A stretch of 64,000 bases of DNA from Stylophora pistillata (GCF_002571385.2 NW_019217914.1:447597-511596); one strand, 5' to 3'; counted from the first letter of the stretch, positions 12,305 to 25,104 are shown. Translations and numbers: made by a program. The notes: generated by a model not told the origin, from the letters alone.

Positions 12305-14636
12305 TTCTCTCGTTTTCTTCTTTCTCGCTGTACTTTCGTGATACCAACCCGTTTGCTTACTTGCAATTGACAGATGTTTACTCTAAAGAAACTAATAAAA
12401 CCAAAGAATGGGTCTAAACATTCCAAATGACAGTTTAAATTGAAAGCATTTTATTTCACGAAACAAATTTGGGAGCTTTGAATTGACGTTTGATAGTTAC
12501 AGTATCTTTTTTGATAGTTGGTTGTACGGTATTAGCTTCAAAGGTACGTTCCTTAGTGGGAGAAACTCTTAAAACAAATGTGATCTTGGCCGGCTCTGAT
12601 AGGCACTGTTCTGAGGCATTCAAATGTCAGCGAAATTTTCCGTTACAAGAAAAAGATTTACACCGACATGTTGTCTATTAAAGATGCAAAAAATGGTCAT
12701 AACAATTTATTTCTGAGATGGCATTTCAATTATCAAATAGCTCCACAGGAATATATTCGTGCCATTCAGTTTCTGTCTCATGTGACTAAAATTGTCTTTG
12801 AACCGTTTCTGGAAACAGCTGGTGATAGCTGGCAGAGGTTGAACAATGAATACGTTTAATTTGTAGGAACTGTTCCGCTCTTATGCTGTTTAAATTTTTA
12901 ACCCACTTTAACTACAATATGCTTTTTAAGCCTGCTAAACGGCGCCAGGCGATAATTGGAACTGGTCGCACAACGCATATGTTAATTTCCAAAAATGCGC
13001 AATTGTCGTGTTATTCTAATCTTTTACCTTCTGCGACAAATATAGCGTTTTAACCGCTTTTCGAAATCGTTGAACCATTAGATAAACAAGATTGGCGATA
13101 ATCGGAAAAAAAGACACGTTTAAATGTTGACCAAAGATCTGCGCTGTTAGTAGTCAGTTTTATTCAAATCCTACCAGCTTTTTTTTCAATGAGGCTGAGT
13201 CAAACGAAAACCATCTGGATCTTATTTCGAATTCGAGTTGATAAAGCGACAATTTTGCCTTTAAAGTTGTATTATGTCACTGAGGTGTCTATTTCACTTA
13301 AAGTTATCATATCTCAAACTCACAGACCACTTTCCTATATAGTCAATTTACGAAATCATGAGCTTTTTCCGGAGTGCAAAGAAAAGTTGTTTTCTTTCAT
13401 TGGAGAAAGTTTGAAGTTAATGATCAAGTCGCTTTTGTAGATTTTATTTATTTGATATACGGCAGACCACAGTATGGTCTGGGACTCAGTTCAATTTTTT
13501 CATTTACAAAAACAACTACATTCATAGAATAGATTCCTCTCAAGAGATGATTACAAATTTGTAGTAACACCAGCAAACTCGATTTGGAAGTGGAACGACT
13601 AAACTTTGTTGGAGGATCAATCATTATTCATAGTAAGCCTTGTCGAGTCTCGTGGCTGAGAATTACGGAAAAGGTATCGGCCAATCGCTTTTTAACTACG
13701 CCTTGTTCTTGAGAGCTGATTGGTCACTTTTGCCGTTATTTTATTGGTGATTTATTAAAATATTCGATTGATATTCGATTGATAATCAATTCTTATCGCA
13801 CACTTAACTCATCCTTCTTCTTTTAGACACAAGAAACGTTCGACATTGCTAATTAGTCCGAGGAAAGACTTGGTAATTAAAGAAACTTTTTGATTTATTT
13901 TCTTTTTTAGTCGAGTAAAGCATGTAGTGCATACATATTGTGCATTCAGTGTGATATCGATTTTTCAAACATGGATTAACTTCAAGGAATCGTTATCTTA
14001 AACAGAAACTCCGTCATCATAATTGCGGTTTTGATAGATTTATCTCCTCAGTCCCACGGCTCTAGTTACCCGCTGTTATCTGGATCAAGTATCAGTGAGT
14101 TTAAAAATGATATTCTCGGCACTGTAACGTTCGTAGGAATGGCTAAAGCCTGAAACGAACTCTGATTCTACTCACTTTTTATATCATTATTTTTTACTCA
14201 CTTTTTAGTTATTAGTGCTCATACGACTGAAAGCAGAGGGAAGGACTAGTTGACCAATTTGTGCGAAAAACGTCATGCTGAATCTAAGTCTCTTTCATCA
14301 CTGTAGCCATTGCAAAACAGCAGTTAGTGAAATACGTGTTTCTCCGTCGGAGACAAAGAAAGTGTATGGTCAAATAAAATCAATGCAAATGATATCGATA
14401 TATCTGAACACTTAAAAGCGATCTGAATTGCTTATATTTATGGGCATTTTGAAAAAGTTGTTCCGGGCTATTTCATTCCATAGTTTCTATCGATGAAATT
14501 AATCACTTCGAAATTTAAAAAAAGTTCATGACAAGCGAATAATGCTTTCTTTGATTGTTTTTTTTTTAGTTGTCACTTAACTCGTCATTCAATTCTGCAT
14601 CTGGTTTGTTATCAATCCTTCACACAGATGCAGCTG

Positions 14637-15680
14637 TCAGAGTCTCTGTACTAGGACTGTCTCTCCAATTCCAGTGGGTGAGGTTCTTTCCGCCAGTTTC
14701 ATGGATCTGCGCCTTGAATCGACCACTTTAGTGCGGCAGCAAATTTCATCCATTGCCTTTCTGTAATTTGCGCTCTGTGCGGCATACAACAGCGGATTTA
14801 TGAAAGAATTAAAAAATATCAGTACCCGAACAATTCTGTGTGCGAGAAACAATTGTGCGAAATCTTGCTTAATTTGAGCGTCCGTGATCGCGGAAACATA
14901 CATAAAGAAGCACGCAAACGGCAAACAGAGCGCGCAAAATGCCACCGCTAAAGAGACAAGAAGCTTTAAAAGCCTTTTCATACTGTTCTTTTCGGCTTCG
15001 TCTATCCCTGGGTCTGACAAGTCCCACTTGAGCACTTTAAGAATCGAGAGATAGCAAAATGAAATCAAAATGGAGGGAAATACAATCATGACCAGACAGT
15101 GCGTGATAATATAGGCCTTAACAGTCGACCCGTGTTCCAGCGTCCATGGGCGAGTGCATGGATAACTCGAACTGGGATCCTTCTTGTACATCGTCCACAA
15201 GCTGTCCGGGAAACTCAAAATGAACGACAGTACCCAAATCACGACAGTGACTAAATTCGTGTTCTTGGAAGAAATGTTCCAACTGCTACTTTTAAAAGGT
15301 TTGACAATTGCCACATAGCGCTCCACGGCGATAACGCACAGAGTCAACACGGACGCATCGAATGTGATGCAAACGACGGCATTTCCAGCAAAGAGTTTGC
15401 AGACGATATCACCCAGTGTGGAGTTCATCCTCGAATGATTCAAAGCAAAGTCATAAATAGCGGGACAAAGAAGTAACGTCAATAAATCGGCCACAGCTAA
15501 GTTTAGCAGAAGATAATTCGTTGTCGTGCGCATCGAAGGCGTTTTGCGTACGATAGCAATCACTACACCATTACCCAACACGCCAAAAAACACCATGAAC
15601 GAATATAATGTGGCAAAAACGATGTCTTGTGAGGTTGTTTTTAAATGTTCTTGGGATCTATTTGAATAGCTTTCATCCAT
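14637..15680 (-). CDS. Intronless class A GPCR, 347 aa from the ATG at 15680
   Basis: GN, NLAVAD, ERY, YPCTRPW, NPLLY; the ORF-track GTG start at 15710 is unlikely to be used. Confidence 0.92.
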   Translation of the reverse strand: MDESYSNRSQEHLKTTSQDIVFATLYSFMVFFGVLGNGVVIAIVRKTPSMRTTTNYLLLNLAVADLLTLLLCPAIYDFALNHSRMNSTLGDIVCKLFAGNAVVCITFDASVLTLCVIAVERYVAIVKPFKSSSWNISSKNTNLVTVVIWVLSFILSFPDSLWTMYKKDPSSSYPCTRPWTLEHGSTVKAYIITHCLVMIVFPSILISFCYLSILKVLKWDLSDPGIDEAEKNSMKRLLKLLVSLAVAFCALCLPFACFFMYVSAITDAQIKQDFAQLFLAHRIVRVLIFFNSFINPLLYAAQSANYRKAMDEICCRTKVVDSRRRSMKLAERTSPTGIGETVLVQRL

Positions 15681-17895
15681 CGTAAAAAAGATCGGAAAAC
15701 CACAAACCACGTTAGCTTATGATCCGCTCAGACTACAAGCTCCGAAGACTCAGCTTAGAACTATGAAAAAAAGAGTTTTTAGGCGGTTGTTGTTAAGAAA
15801 ATTCCTCCGTCCTGTTCCGTCTCAGCGATGAATGAATCTTGAAGCAGTTTTGAGTCAAGTTCTAAACGACTTTAATACATAGAAGCTCGACCAAAATGAT
15901 AATTAATTGCAGCGTTTGATGAGCCGGCGATAAGTACGACAGGTGTCCATAAAAACAATTAGTAACAAGGCAACATTTAAGTTCAACAGTTACGCTTTTG
16001 TTTGGTGTTTCATAGCTTTTTAGCCTCAATGAAATTACACTCGGCCTAACGCACCGTGGCAAAAACGTACCAGGCACCGCGAGCCTGAATGTTTCCTTAT
16101 TTGTATTACAAAATAAATGCCCTCATAAATCACAAGGCAATGAGCCAAAATCTTAGTCGTTGAAACCATCGTTGCTAACGCAACTGTTCTATTCTGAGAG
16201 AAGAACAGAGTAAAAAAAGTCCATTTAAAAAGTTAATTGGACTCTTTTCATTCTTCCGACATCTTAGAACAAATTTCCGCTAAGATTATTTAAGAAGTAA
16301 TAAAAATTACAGGAAACGACATTATTGATCTATTTAACGAATATTGCACCCTTCAGGTCTGGAGTGGCGTTACTTAGTGCACAGATAACACATAGCTTTC
16401 TACCAGACAGAAAGGTGTTAAACGAAAATCGCCTGAAATTAGATGTTTCTTTTCTGTAGCGGACTACCGGAAAATAAATCGTGATAAATCCCTCATTTCC
16501 TGTTGAACATTGGTTGCATTTACTGGGTTGTTTGGTTATGGAATTACAAACTCAAATGTTTTCTGTGTCAAACCACTAAAAAAATAAAAATTAGGATAGT
16601 TTACTCACATCCTTTTAAATGCAAATTATAAGGTAACCCGATTAAGTGGTAAGATAGATTAGTGATTACGTGAAACATCTTTCTGCAGTTCTGTACATTT
16701 AACTCTGGATAATCGTTTAGTGATACCCTTTTCTCCCGAAAAAACTAAGAACCCTGTTTTTTTCCGGTACTATCACTTATCTATCTCGGATCTTGCAAAA
16801 TAAATAAATAGATAAAATAATATTATGAAAGATTTTATTTTTGATCACCACTGTGCGAAAAAAAAAGCGGGTGATTTCAGGATAACGTAGATAACGTGGG
16901 CAGCTGGAAAAAATAACAATCTGTAGAAACAGGGTAGTGTTATGAAAACCTAAATGATATGGTTTACCGCAAACCACAAAAATTTATTACACCGAGTTTC
17001 ATCGCGATTTTCTCTTATACCGGTTTTTTTTTTCTTGGGCCGAACTCTTTCTCCTTAGGTGACTAAACTATATCACATGACAGTAATTCTAAATTCACTT
17101 CAGTGTCACCGTACCTGCAAATCTTGAGCCACCTGAGGTTATCCTTATCACTACATGTAACTAAGAGTAGCAAATTGTATGCTGAGAAGTGCTGCTAATC
17201 AAACGAAACAATGAACAGACACAATAATAGGTTGTGGTTCAACGCAAAAAAAAAAAAAAAAAAATTCGAAGAAGAATAGTTGCTACGAAAGTTCTCTCCG
17301 TCGTATTTGTTTTTCTGTCGCGAGTCGACCTTTGAGATTTGAAATCGACCTTTGACCTTTGAGACATGGCTTCCTTTGAGACCGTTGACCTTTGAGATTT
17401 GAAATCGTGGAAAGGAGGCATCTTACTGTTTATGACACATGCCTCATTTCTAGCATTCCTGCTACACCCAACACGTATATAAGCATGATGGACCTTAGTC
17501 TTCTTAGTTTTCTTTACATCATAAGACCACTCTGAAAACTGATGCAGTCTACACTGGAGTTACTCAGAATACCACATATCTTGATAAAACACCTACGGCG
17601 TTAATTTCAGACTTGGCTCAGTGAATCTGGTGTTTTTACGAAGCTTACGTTTTATTCATTTATGGTACAGCGTTTATGAAAGGTGTTGTGCAATTTGCTA
17701 CCATTTCTTTAAGTTTATCTTTTTAACACCTGTCCTCCGAGACCCACGGGTGTTTAGTAAAAACGGCATGATTGATTCCTCCCCCCCCCCAACCTTGGTC
17801 CAGCTCCCTTCCTGAAGTTGACTACAAGGTTGGCCAGAGACAGTATAATTTCTTGTCAGAGAAACTTTTTTCAAATCGTATTCAGAAGTCGAGGT

Positions 17896-18687
17896 TATGC
17901 GTCGATCAATTCGAAGCTTCAACATCCTCCCAGTGCATCCCCACAGGGGCATTTGAACTTTAGAAGATTGGTCTGTTCAAATTACCTTCCCCGGGGCAAA
18001 AATTGTGTTCAAATGCCCCACCCAATTTTTTTGCAAAAGGAAAAATCCCCGACTGTGACTTTCTACACGTTGAGCTCTTCTTCCGAGCCATTCGCTCGCG
18101 AAAACTAATTATTTACCATAAACACCTCAATATTTTTAAATATTGAAAAGATGCAACACTTGTATTCCACTGGAAAGACTTGACACTACGGTGCAAATTC
18201 CCCACCCCAGCCTGGCAAAGTTTATATTTTTCCCACCGGGTGCGGACGACGGTTAAATACCCGTGACGTGACGTGGCGCGCGGGGGAGGGATATTAGAGA
18301 AATTTAGCACCGCGTTTACATGAAACATGAACGGCAAGAGTGACCACGAAACCATGTTTTTCCCGCCATTTTTTCACGTTTGCCGGTTGCACTATGCCGT
18401 CTGTACGTGAAAGTAACCTGTTTTGCGTTTGCCGAGTACGTTAAACTTTCTTCACTTTTTCTCTCACAGACTAGAAGTCAGTAGCTGGAAAAAGTGCGCC
18501 AAAACTATTCCTTGTGAGTCACACAAGGGCGCTTTCAAATCCACCATGACGTGAGCTCACGCGAAGCTAAAGCAGTAAGGTTGACGCTATTTTACATGAA
18601 ACGTGAAAGGGAAAGCTAACGTTTGCCGTTTCACGAAAGTGCGGTGCTAAATCTCGCTATTGAAGTTTCGAATTGATCGGCGCATTA
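17896..18687. mobile_element. MITE with a second MITE (about 18295-18659) nested inside
   Basis: Outer TIR atgcgtcgatcaattcgaagcttcaa / ttgaagtttcgaattgatcggcgcat; inner TIR tagagaaatttagcaccgc / gcggtgctaaatctcgcta splits the outer right end. Confidence 0.75.
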
Positions 18688-19302
18688 AGCCAATCTTTTG
18701 ACGCAGACAACGTGAAGGAGATTTTTACAACTTAGTTCGTGAGTCAAAATTTGGCGGAAGTGAGTTTTACCTCAGGTATTTGAACAGCAGAGTATCAAAC
18801 AACACATTTACGGCACCATTCTGCTCTTATAGGCATTATGGTCAATCATGCCGGCTGAAATTCATTGTGGTTTGTTGTGAAAAATGTGTTAAATGATAAG
18901 TTTAACGGTTACACAGATGTTTTTCCATATTGCTTTTGTCATAAGGCCCTTTAATTATGATTTATTCGTTCCCAACACCCTACACAGTAATATCTATTTT
19001 CTCATATTGCTCTGATTCGTTATAATTCGACGCGGCAACAGTCACGTGTGATTTCCCTTCTTGGCTAAATTACTTACACCACTATGGGTTGATGTGCTAA
19101 GCAGCCGGTGTGCCACTTCAGTAATTCAATGGGGTGTCGTTTTCTCTCTAAATTTAGAGACATAAAACTTCAAAGTCATCGAAAACAATTGTAAAAAAAA
19201 AAAAAAGGAAAACTATCCAAAAATTCGAATTGCGATCTCAACAACAATTTTTGAAGACGCTGCCGAGGCGAATATAAAATAAGGACTTGAAAGGCAAAAG
19301 CA

Positions 19303-20364
19303 ATGGAAATCAACATCACAGAAGAATATTCTCATCGTCATTCGGCGGCGACCTTCATCACAACTCGGGACATTATTTTTGCAGTGCTGTACTCAATTAT
19401 TGCCGTTCCAGGGGTAATAGGTAATGCTATCGTGATTACCATAGTGCGAAAAACGCCTTCAATGCACACGACCACGAACTATCTCCTCTTAAACTTAGCC
19501 GTGGCCGATTTATTGACATTGCTCCTCTGTCCTGGTCCATACGATTTAGCTCTGGTGCACGTTGACTTAGAAGGATTCACTGGGGATTTAATCTGCAAAC
19601 TGTTTGCGGGAAATGCAATTGTTCCGATCACCATCAACGCCGCCGTTCTTTCGGTTTGTACGATCGCCGTGGAAAGGTATCTAGCGCTTCTCAAACCTTT
19701 CCGCGCTAATCTAAGAATAGACAAAGATAAAGTGAAACATGTGATAGCAGTGCTGTGGTTGCTTGCCTTAATCTCATGCATCCCAGATATTCAAGCCAAT
19801 ACGTACAATATCTCGTCATCCAAATATCCTTGCAAGCGTCCTTGGAGTTTGGATGAATATTTTCTTCACAAACCCTTCATCATCTTTACTTGTGTTTGGT
19901 TCGGAATTATTAGCTCCCTGATAGTCTTCCTCTGCTATTTTTCAATCATCCGTGGAATATATTTCACAAAAACAGTTTTCTCGGAATCAACGGTAACGGA
20001 GGCTGAACGGCAAGCAAAAAAACAACTAGGTAGCCTTCTTATCTGGTTGACATTTGTATTCGCTACCTGTTCTCTGCCATTTGCAATTTACTTTATGTTT
20101 CTTAGCTTCGTTGATGTTAGAACTGTAAAGGACAATTACGACACATTGTATTTATTTCACAGAATTTCTAGATTTGTTCTCTTCACAAATTCGTTTTTAA
20201 ATCCTTTATTGTATGCTTTACAAAGTTCAAATTTTCGAGATGGATTCAAATTAATTTTTCGTTTAAAACTCCTCCGCTGTAAGCCTTTGGCAAACAGGAG
20301 AAAGAGTGGAAAAAGCTCCAGTTCGACAGGTTTTCAGTTAAGTAAAGCCGGGAAAACTAGATAA
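19303..20364 (+). CDS. Intronless class A GPCR, 353 aa
   Basis: GN, NLAVAD, ERY, YPCKRPW, NPLLY. Confidence 0.93.
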   Translation: MEINITEEYSHRHSAATFITTRDIIFAVLYSIIAVPGVIGNAIVITIVRKTPSMHTTTNYLLLNLAVADLLTLLLCPGPYDLALVHVDLEGFTGDLICKLFAGNAIVPITINAAVLSVCTIAVERYLALLKPFRANLRIDKDKVKHVIAVLWLLALISCIPDIQANTYNISSSKYPCKRPWSLDEYFLHKPFIIFTCVWFGIISSLIVFLCYFSIIRGIYFTKTVFSESTVTEAERQAKKQLGSLLIWLTFVFATCSLPFAIYFMFLSFVDVRTVKDNYDTLYLFHRISRFVLFTNSFLNPLLYALQSSNFRDGFKLIFRLKLLRCKPLANRRKSGKSSSSTGFQLSKAGKTR

Positions 20365-21594
20365 AGGAATAAACCGGCGATCCCGTGCCAGGACGTAACC
20401 AACTAATGAATGATTATAAAATACAAAATATCAATCATGTTGTGTTCAGTTGCCGTAAAACCGAGTCTTAAGAGGTTTAAAGCTTATTTTAGAATTGTGG
20501 AGGGAAATAAATAAAATAAATAAGAGTGACAATTTTCATCCGCTATGCAAATAGTTTTCAAATTAAATTTTTCTCAAAGTTATTACCATACCCATGAAAT
20601 ATCAGGTAACTTGTATATCATGGATTACAACACTACTTTACCGTTGGTACTTTGAGGTTACACAAAAGAAGAAATTTTGAAAAAGCCCTCATTACAAACA
20701 CAACACATCATTTCCTGGTTAATTCCATGGTGTCTTCTTCATAATTCAAACTCGAAAAGCCGGCCCCATGTCTTTGAAGGTAAAGATGTTTTCAAACTGG
20801 GCGAGTTGAAAGTTAATATGAATATATTTTAGTTTCGTTTGAAAAAGAGAAAGTCATGTTTTGTTTTCTAGATAATGAAAATGCAACGCAAGTTGACCAA
20901 GAATCTAACAAATTTGCCATCAAGATAAAAAAATTACGTTACTTTCGTCATTTTTATTGCCATCTGCAACGTTAAGCGGCAAGTTCAGAAATGTGCAAAA
21001 TAACATACTAAATGAGGGAATGAATTTTGGTCATGGAAGTCATTTCCATAGAAATTCAAAAAACGGAGAAAAATTTTGAAAAAGAAGCAAACTGGAGAGC
21101 TAGAGAAATCCTTGAATTGGACCCAAAGAGGTGCATATACACAACTTATGTTTACTGTACGAGTTCCTCGATATAAAGCATTGACTGATTACAAATTAGG
21201 GAGCAATATGAAAGCAGGTGAAGCTATGACTGTTCTCTAGATGTGTACTTGCTAGATTTACTTAATACTGGTTAATGTGAAAACGTCCTTCAATTTTTGT
21301 TTTTCTGCTCATAACTTTTCATTGAGATCGATATGCTTGAAAAAATGTGGGCATATTTAAGGTGGCAATCTTAGCTACCTTAAATCTCATGCAAAATGGA
21401 TTCAGAAGGAGCTCTGAAGCCTCAAATAAACAGCTTACGGTTTGAATAACTTTTCTTTTACCTACGTCATGCTAACGTCGCAGCAGGTCCCACATTTGTA
21501 ATGTGGTGACTGGGGTTTAAAACACTTTAGTCCACATTAGAAGTTATGACCTCTCCTTAGAAAGAACTTGGGTCTTTAATGAGAGGTTGGCTAT

Positions 21595-21639
21595 GCAGCG
21601 CTGACGAGCTCTAAAAAGAGCGAAACAGCTTTCCACTGC
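21595..21639 (+). ncRNA. Type I hammerhead ribozyme motif, copy 1 (stem III mismatch)
   Basis: GCAGCG CTGACGA GCTC TAAAAA GAGC GAAA CAGCT TTC CACTGC. Confidence 0.8.
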
Positions 21640-21950
21640 TGCCGCTTCCAAGGAACCAACGCTGGGCATGCGTAGTTGCTTCTATTTGGTAATGTCTTCT
21701 CCATGCTGGAGACAGACACAGATGACCGAGTTATTGGGACCCTTGATATCCATTGATGACCGAGGTGGGATGCAACCAAAATCTCTCGATGTACTGTTGA
21801 AGACACTTTTCTTATTCCTACGTCATGCTAACATCGTAGCAGGTCCCACAGTTGTAATGTGGTGACTGGGGTTTAAAACACTTTAGTCCACCTTCGAAGT
21901 TATGATATCTCATTACAAAGAACTTGTGTCTATAATGAGAGGTTGGCTAT

Positions 21951-21994
21951 GCAGTGCTGACGAGCTCTAAAAGGAGCGAAACAGCTTACACTGC
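21951..21994 (+). ncRNA. Type I hammerhead ribozyme motif, copy 2 (degenerate cleavage site)
   Basis: GCAGTG CTGACGA GCTC TAAAAG GAGC GAAA CAGCT TA CACTGC. Confidence 0.75.
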
Positions 21995-22361
21995 TGCCGT
22001 TTCCAAGGAACCAACGCTACGCATACGTAGTTACTTTGGTTTGAATAATAATGACTTTTCTCGAAATATGCCAAGAGCTGATAAATCCCTAAATGTTTCT
22101 AGAATTTTATCCTCCCTCAGGAACAGCTGAAATTACCATATTGGCTCGGATATTTTGCTTTGCTAATCGCAAACTAATCTACCAAATATGGAAAAACGCC
22201 TACTTCATATAACGAGTGCCGGAAGAGGAAATATTTGAGTGCTTCAAGAACAATTGAACCCCAGAACCTTTAAACTGTGCTTTCCTATGTTCTCTCATTG
22301 AACCAAAGTGGTGTATCAAGGCCACATGTTGGGTTTATATGTGCCAAGCATCCTGAATACT

Positions 22362-22568
22362 TAACAAATGGTAAACACCACAGCGTAGGTTCCACAGCGT
22401 ACACTATTGAGTTATGGATGCACGCGGGAGGTTGCTAAGCACGAAAGAAGCGTAAGAGTCGCGCGAGGCGATAGCTGAGAGCAACTCTAGCTTCTTAAGT
22501 GCTTAGCAACCTCCCAAGTGCATCTCTAACTCAACAGTGTGCGCTGTGGTGTTTACCATTTGTTTTAT
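22362..22568. repeat. Long palindromic MITE-like repeat
   Basis: acaaatggtaaacaccacagcg / cgctgtggtgtttaccatttgt, with internal inverted arms gggaggttgctaagcac / gtgcttagcaacctccc. Confidence 0.75.
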
Positions 22569-22886
22569 AGCATGACATTGATACATTGTAGCAAAAGAGC
22601 TCCCTTTGATTTGCCACGTCACCCATAGCCAAATGGTGGACGCTGAATTGACCAATCAGAGCGTGCGCTTTACTTTGGTTACGTTATAATGTTTGTTGGA
22701 AGAGAGGATCAAGCTAAGACACCTTTTCCTCAGAAGGCCCAAGTCTTAGGACAGTGTCACTGAAGGTTTGTGAGCGCCCGAGTTGTTTGCGGATTGTGAT
22801 GCGTAAGTAATTGTAATTAACGGTGATAAACGAGTTTTCTTATTTTGGGCGCCGGGATTTCTTCCCCAGAGGCATTTTCAATACCT

Positions 22887-23314
22887 ATCGTAAATCCTCA
22901 AATAAGGGGAGGGGGGAGGGGGAGAATATTTTATTTCAAGTTCTTTGGGGAGGAAGCTTGTTAGAGGGGGAGGGAGCTCAATAGAGGGGGGTGTTATCAA
23001 TTTAGCCCGATGTTCACTTCCGGGATACAATAGGATATGATGTACCGTATTTATTCAAAAAGTTGTTCTCATTTAACATTTCTTATTTTTTTTAATTACA
23101 GCACTTGAATAAATTTATCGTACCTACTGACATGGAGTGTTATTTTGAATTTTTTTGAGGGGGACGGATTGGGGAGGGGGCTTAATGGAGGAAGGACTTA
23201 ATAATTTCCTTCCTATAAAGAGGGGGGCTTAAAAATTTCCTTCCTTTAAAAAAGGGGGGGACTTGTTAGAGGGGGTGGTTCATTATAGGGGGGCTTATTA
23301 GAGGATTAACAGTA
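22887..23314. repeat. G-tract-rich dispersed repeat (MITE family), related to 42205-42622
   Basis: Shared internal segment taaatt(t/g)atcgtac(c/t)tactgacat(g/t)gagtgttatttt; ends cgtaaatcctc / gaggattaacag. Confidence 0.6.
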
Positions 23315-23943
23315 TTTCAAAAATCGATGGGAGATTAATAGATAGCAAATCTTGAGCCGTGTATTTTTCTCAAGGGGATAACCCAAGGGACTTCGGCATA
23401 TTTTTCGCAAAAACATCTTTGCAACGCTCGAGTTATACGCATCACCATAATGACTAAGCTAGACTTAAATAGTAAAAATCGAACTTTTTGCCTTTGAGAT
23501 AAACGTCTTGTTTGAACTGACTATATATATTACAAGAGATGCGACTCTTTGCCACTTGATTACAGAAAAGAATGATCACCTTTGGAAGAAGACTCTTGTG
23601 GGGGAAACTTTCCAAAATTCTCCCTTGTTTTTTTTTTTTGCCGTCAGCTGTTCTAAAAAAAACAAAGTTCAGTTGACCGAAACATTTGAAGGACACAAGC
23701 CCGAACCAAAAAGAAAAAAAAAATGTTCCGACGTTGATGATGCCACTAACTGAATTGTCCATTATTTTTACTTAATTTCAATTAAAAATGTTTTTTTCGT
23801 CTACAAAACAATTAAGACCGTTGGTTCAGCAAGAAGCGTTAAATTACAACTATTAAGCATACAATTTTTTAGTCATAGCCGCAGCAGCATGAATCCCTGA
23901 AGGTTTTATAAGCACGCGATGAGAAAGTTTCAGCTATTGCATG

Positions 23944-24974
23944 TCAGACAGGTAACCATAGATTTTTGCTTCTTCCTAGGCTGGCCATGCTTTCTCTCCG
24001 AATGCGCTTGTAATCTTCAGAAATACTTTCTTGGCTTTTGTTTTCGATGTTCATTTCTTTGGGGCCAGCAGAGAAGGTCGTCGTGATTCGACACGATGAT
24101 GTCTTGAGGGAAGGAAAGATATACATCACAGTTAAACTTTTTACTCCTAAGTGTGCATGACCTTGAAGTTAATTCTCTTTGTAATACGAATTAAGTACCA
24201 TGCAAACCGGTAATGGGGAAAAAAAAAGGATCATGCCAACTAAAGGATATCATTTGATCAAAGGGCAAATTCTTAGAATGTACATGGTAAGAAATGAATG
24301 GCAGACAGTAAGGAGAATTTCAGTTGAGATCCTGGCAACGAAAAGGTGAAACATAATCCCTACACAAGACTGCAAACACATCGTCTATGATACGGCTTGT
24401 TTCTATGTTGATCATAGTGTTTTTTCAGTTTTTTCTCTCAAAAAAATATCACTCACAACTGATTTTTCGCCGATAAAGACTAAATTTTGTAAAAACTACC
24501 ACGAAGCCGTCTTTCGTTGCCAAGAAATTTTTTGCACAACTGTATTATCGTCGCGACATTTATATCACAAGGTTAAAAAAAAGGCAATCGCCAAGACAAG
24601 ACTATTGTGAAAAAGTAAGGTGTTCAATAACCTCTTCCTTCTAAACAGGTTATGCGCTATCTGCCGCATCAGCAAAGAAAAACAAACAAAATACAAAAAC
24701 AGACTCATTGAAGAAACTAATCAACGCTTGATTAAAGAGGATTCTAGTCAATAAAAATATCTTCTACCTTTTTGTTATCCTCTCGATTTTCCTCCTGAAT
24801 GGGTCTTTTGTCGTAGCAAGGATCAAATGCTTTAAAATCGAGCGCCTTGGGAAATGAAGCGCAGCCACGAATTACCATGAAAACAGCAACAGCCAAAACT
24901 ACCGCGAGCAAGCTTGCTGGTTCAAAAGCGCTTTTGTACTGAAATTCAAAGGTAATGGTAACAGAACAGGACAT
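23944..24974 (-). CDS. Small single-pass membrane protein A, 121 aa, 2 exons (24974-24768, 24102-23944); unknown family
   Basis: A-rich start context aaaaaATG; hydrophobic SLLAVVLAVAVFMVI; phase-0 intron AAG|gtagaa...ttccctcaag|; homologous to gene B in both exons. Confidence 0.7.
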
Positions 24975-25104
24975 TTTTTCTCAGTTCCACGGCTTGCTCG
25001 TGATAGTCAATTCTTTTCTTGAGTTTGATTTACTAAGTTTCTCACGTAAGTCTTTCACTCAAATGGGTGCTTCTCTTTTTGAGTATTAAAATTCTGACAA
25101 GAAA

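Larger units (their letters stand above)
21450..22037 (+). mobile_element. Non-LTR retrozyme-like element: about 1.65 tandem copies of a 356-bp unit, each with a type I hammerhead
   Basis: Repeat offset 21461/21817; CTGACGA-stem II-GAAA cores at 21601 and 21957; 11-bp TSD ggtttgaataa at 21439 and 22038. Confidence 0.85.

Noticed and set aside
21439-22048. Short ORFs in the tandem repeat; possible CRISPR-like array
   Set aside because: No repeat-spacer pattern; the ORFs are not kept between units; a ribozyme element explains the region
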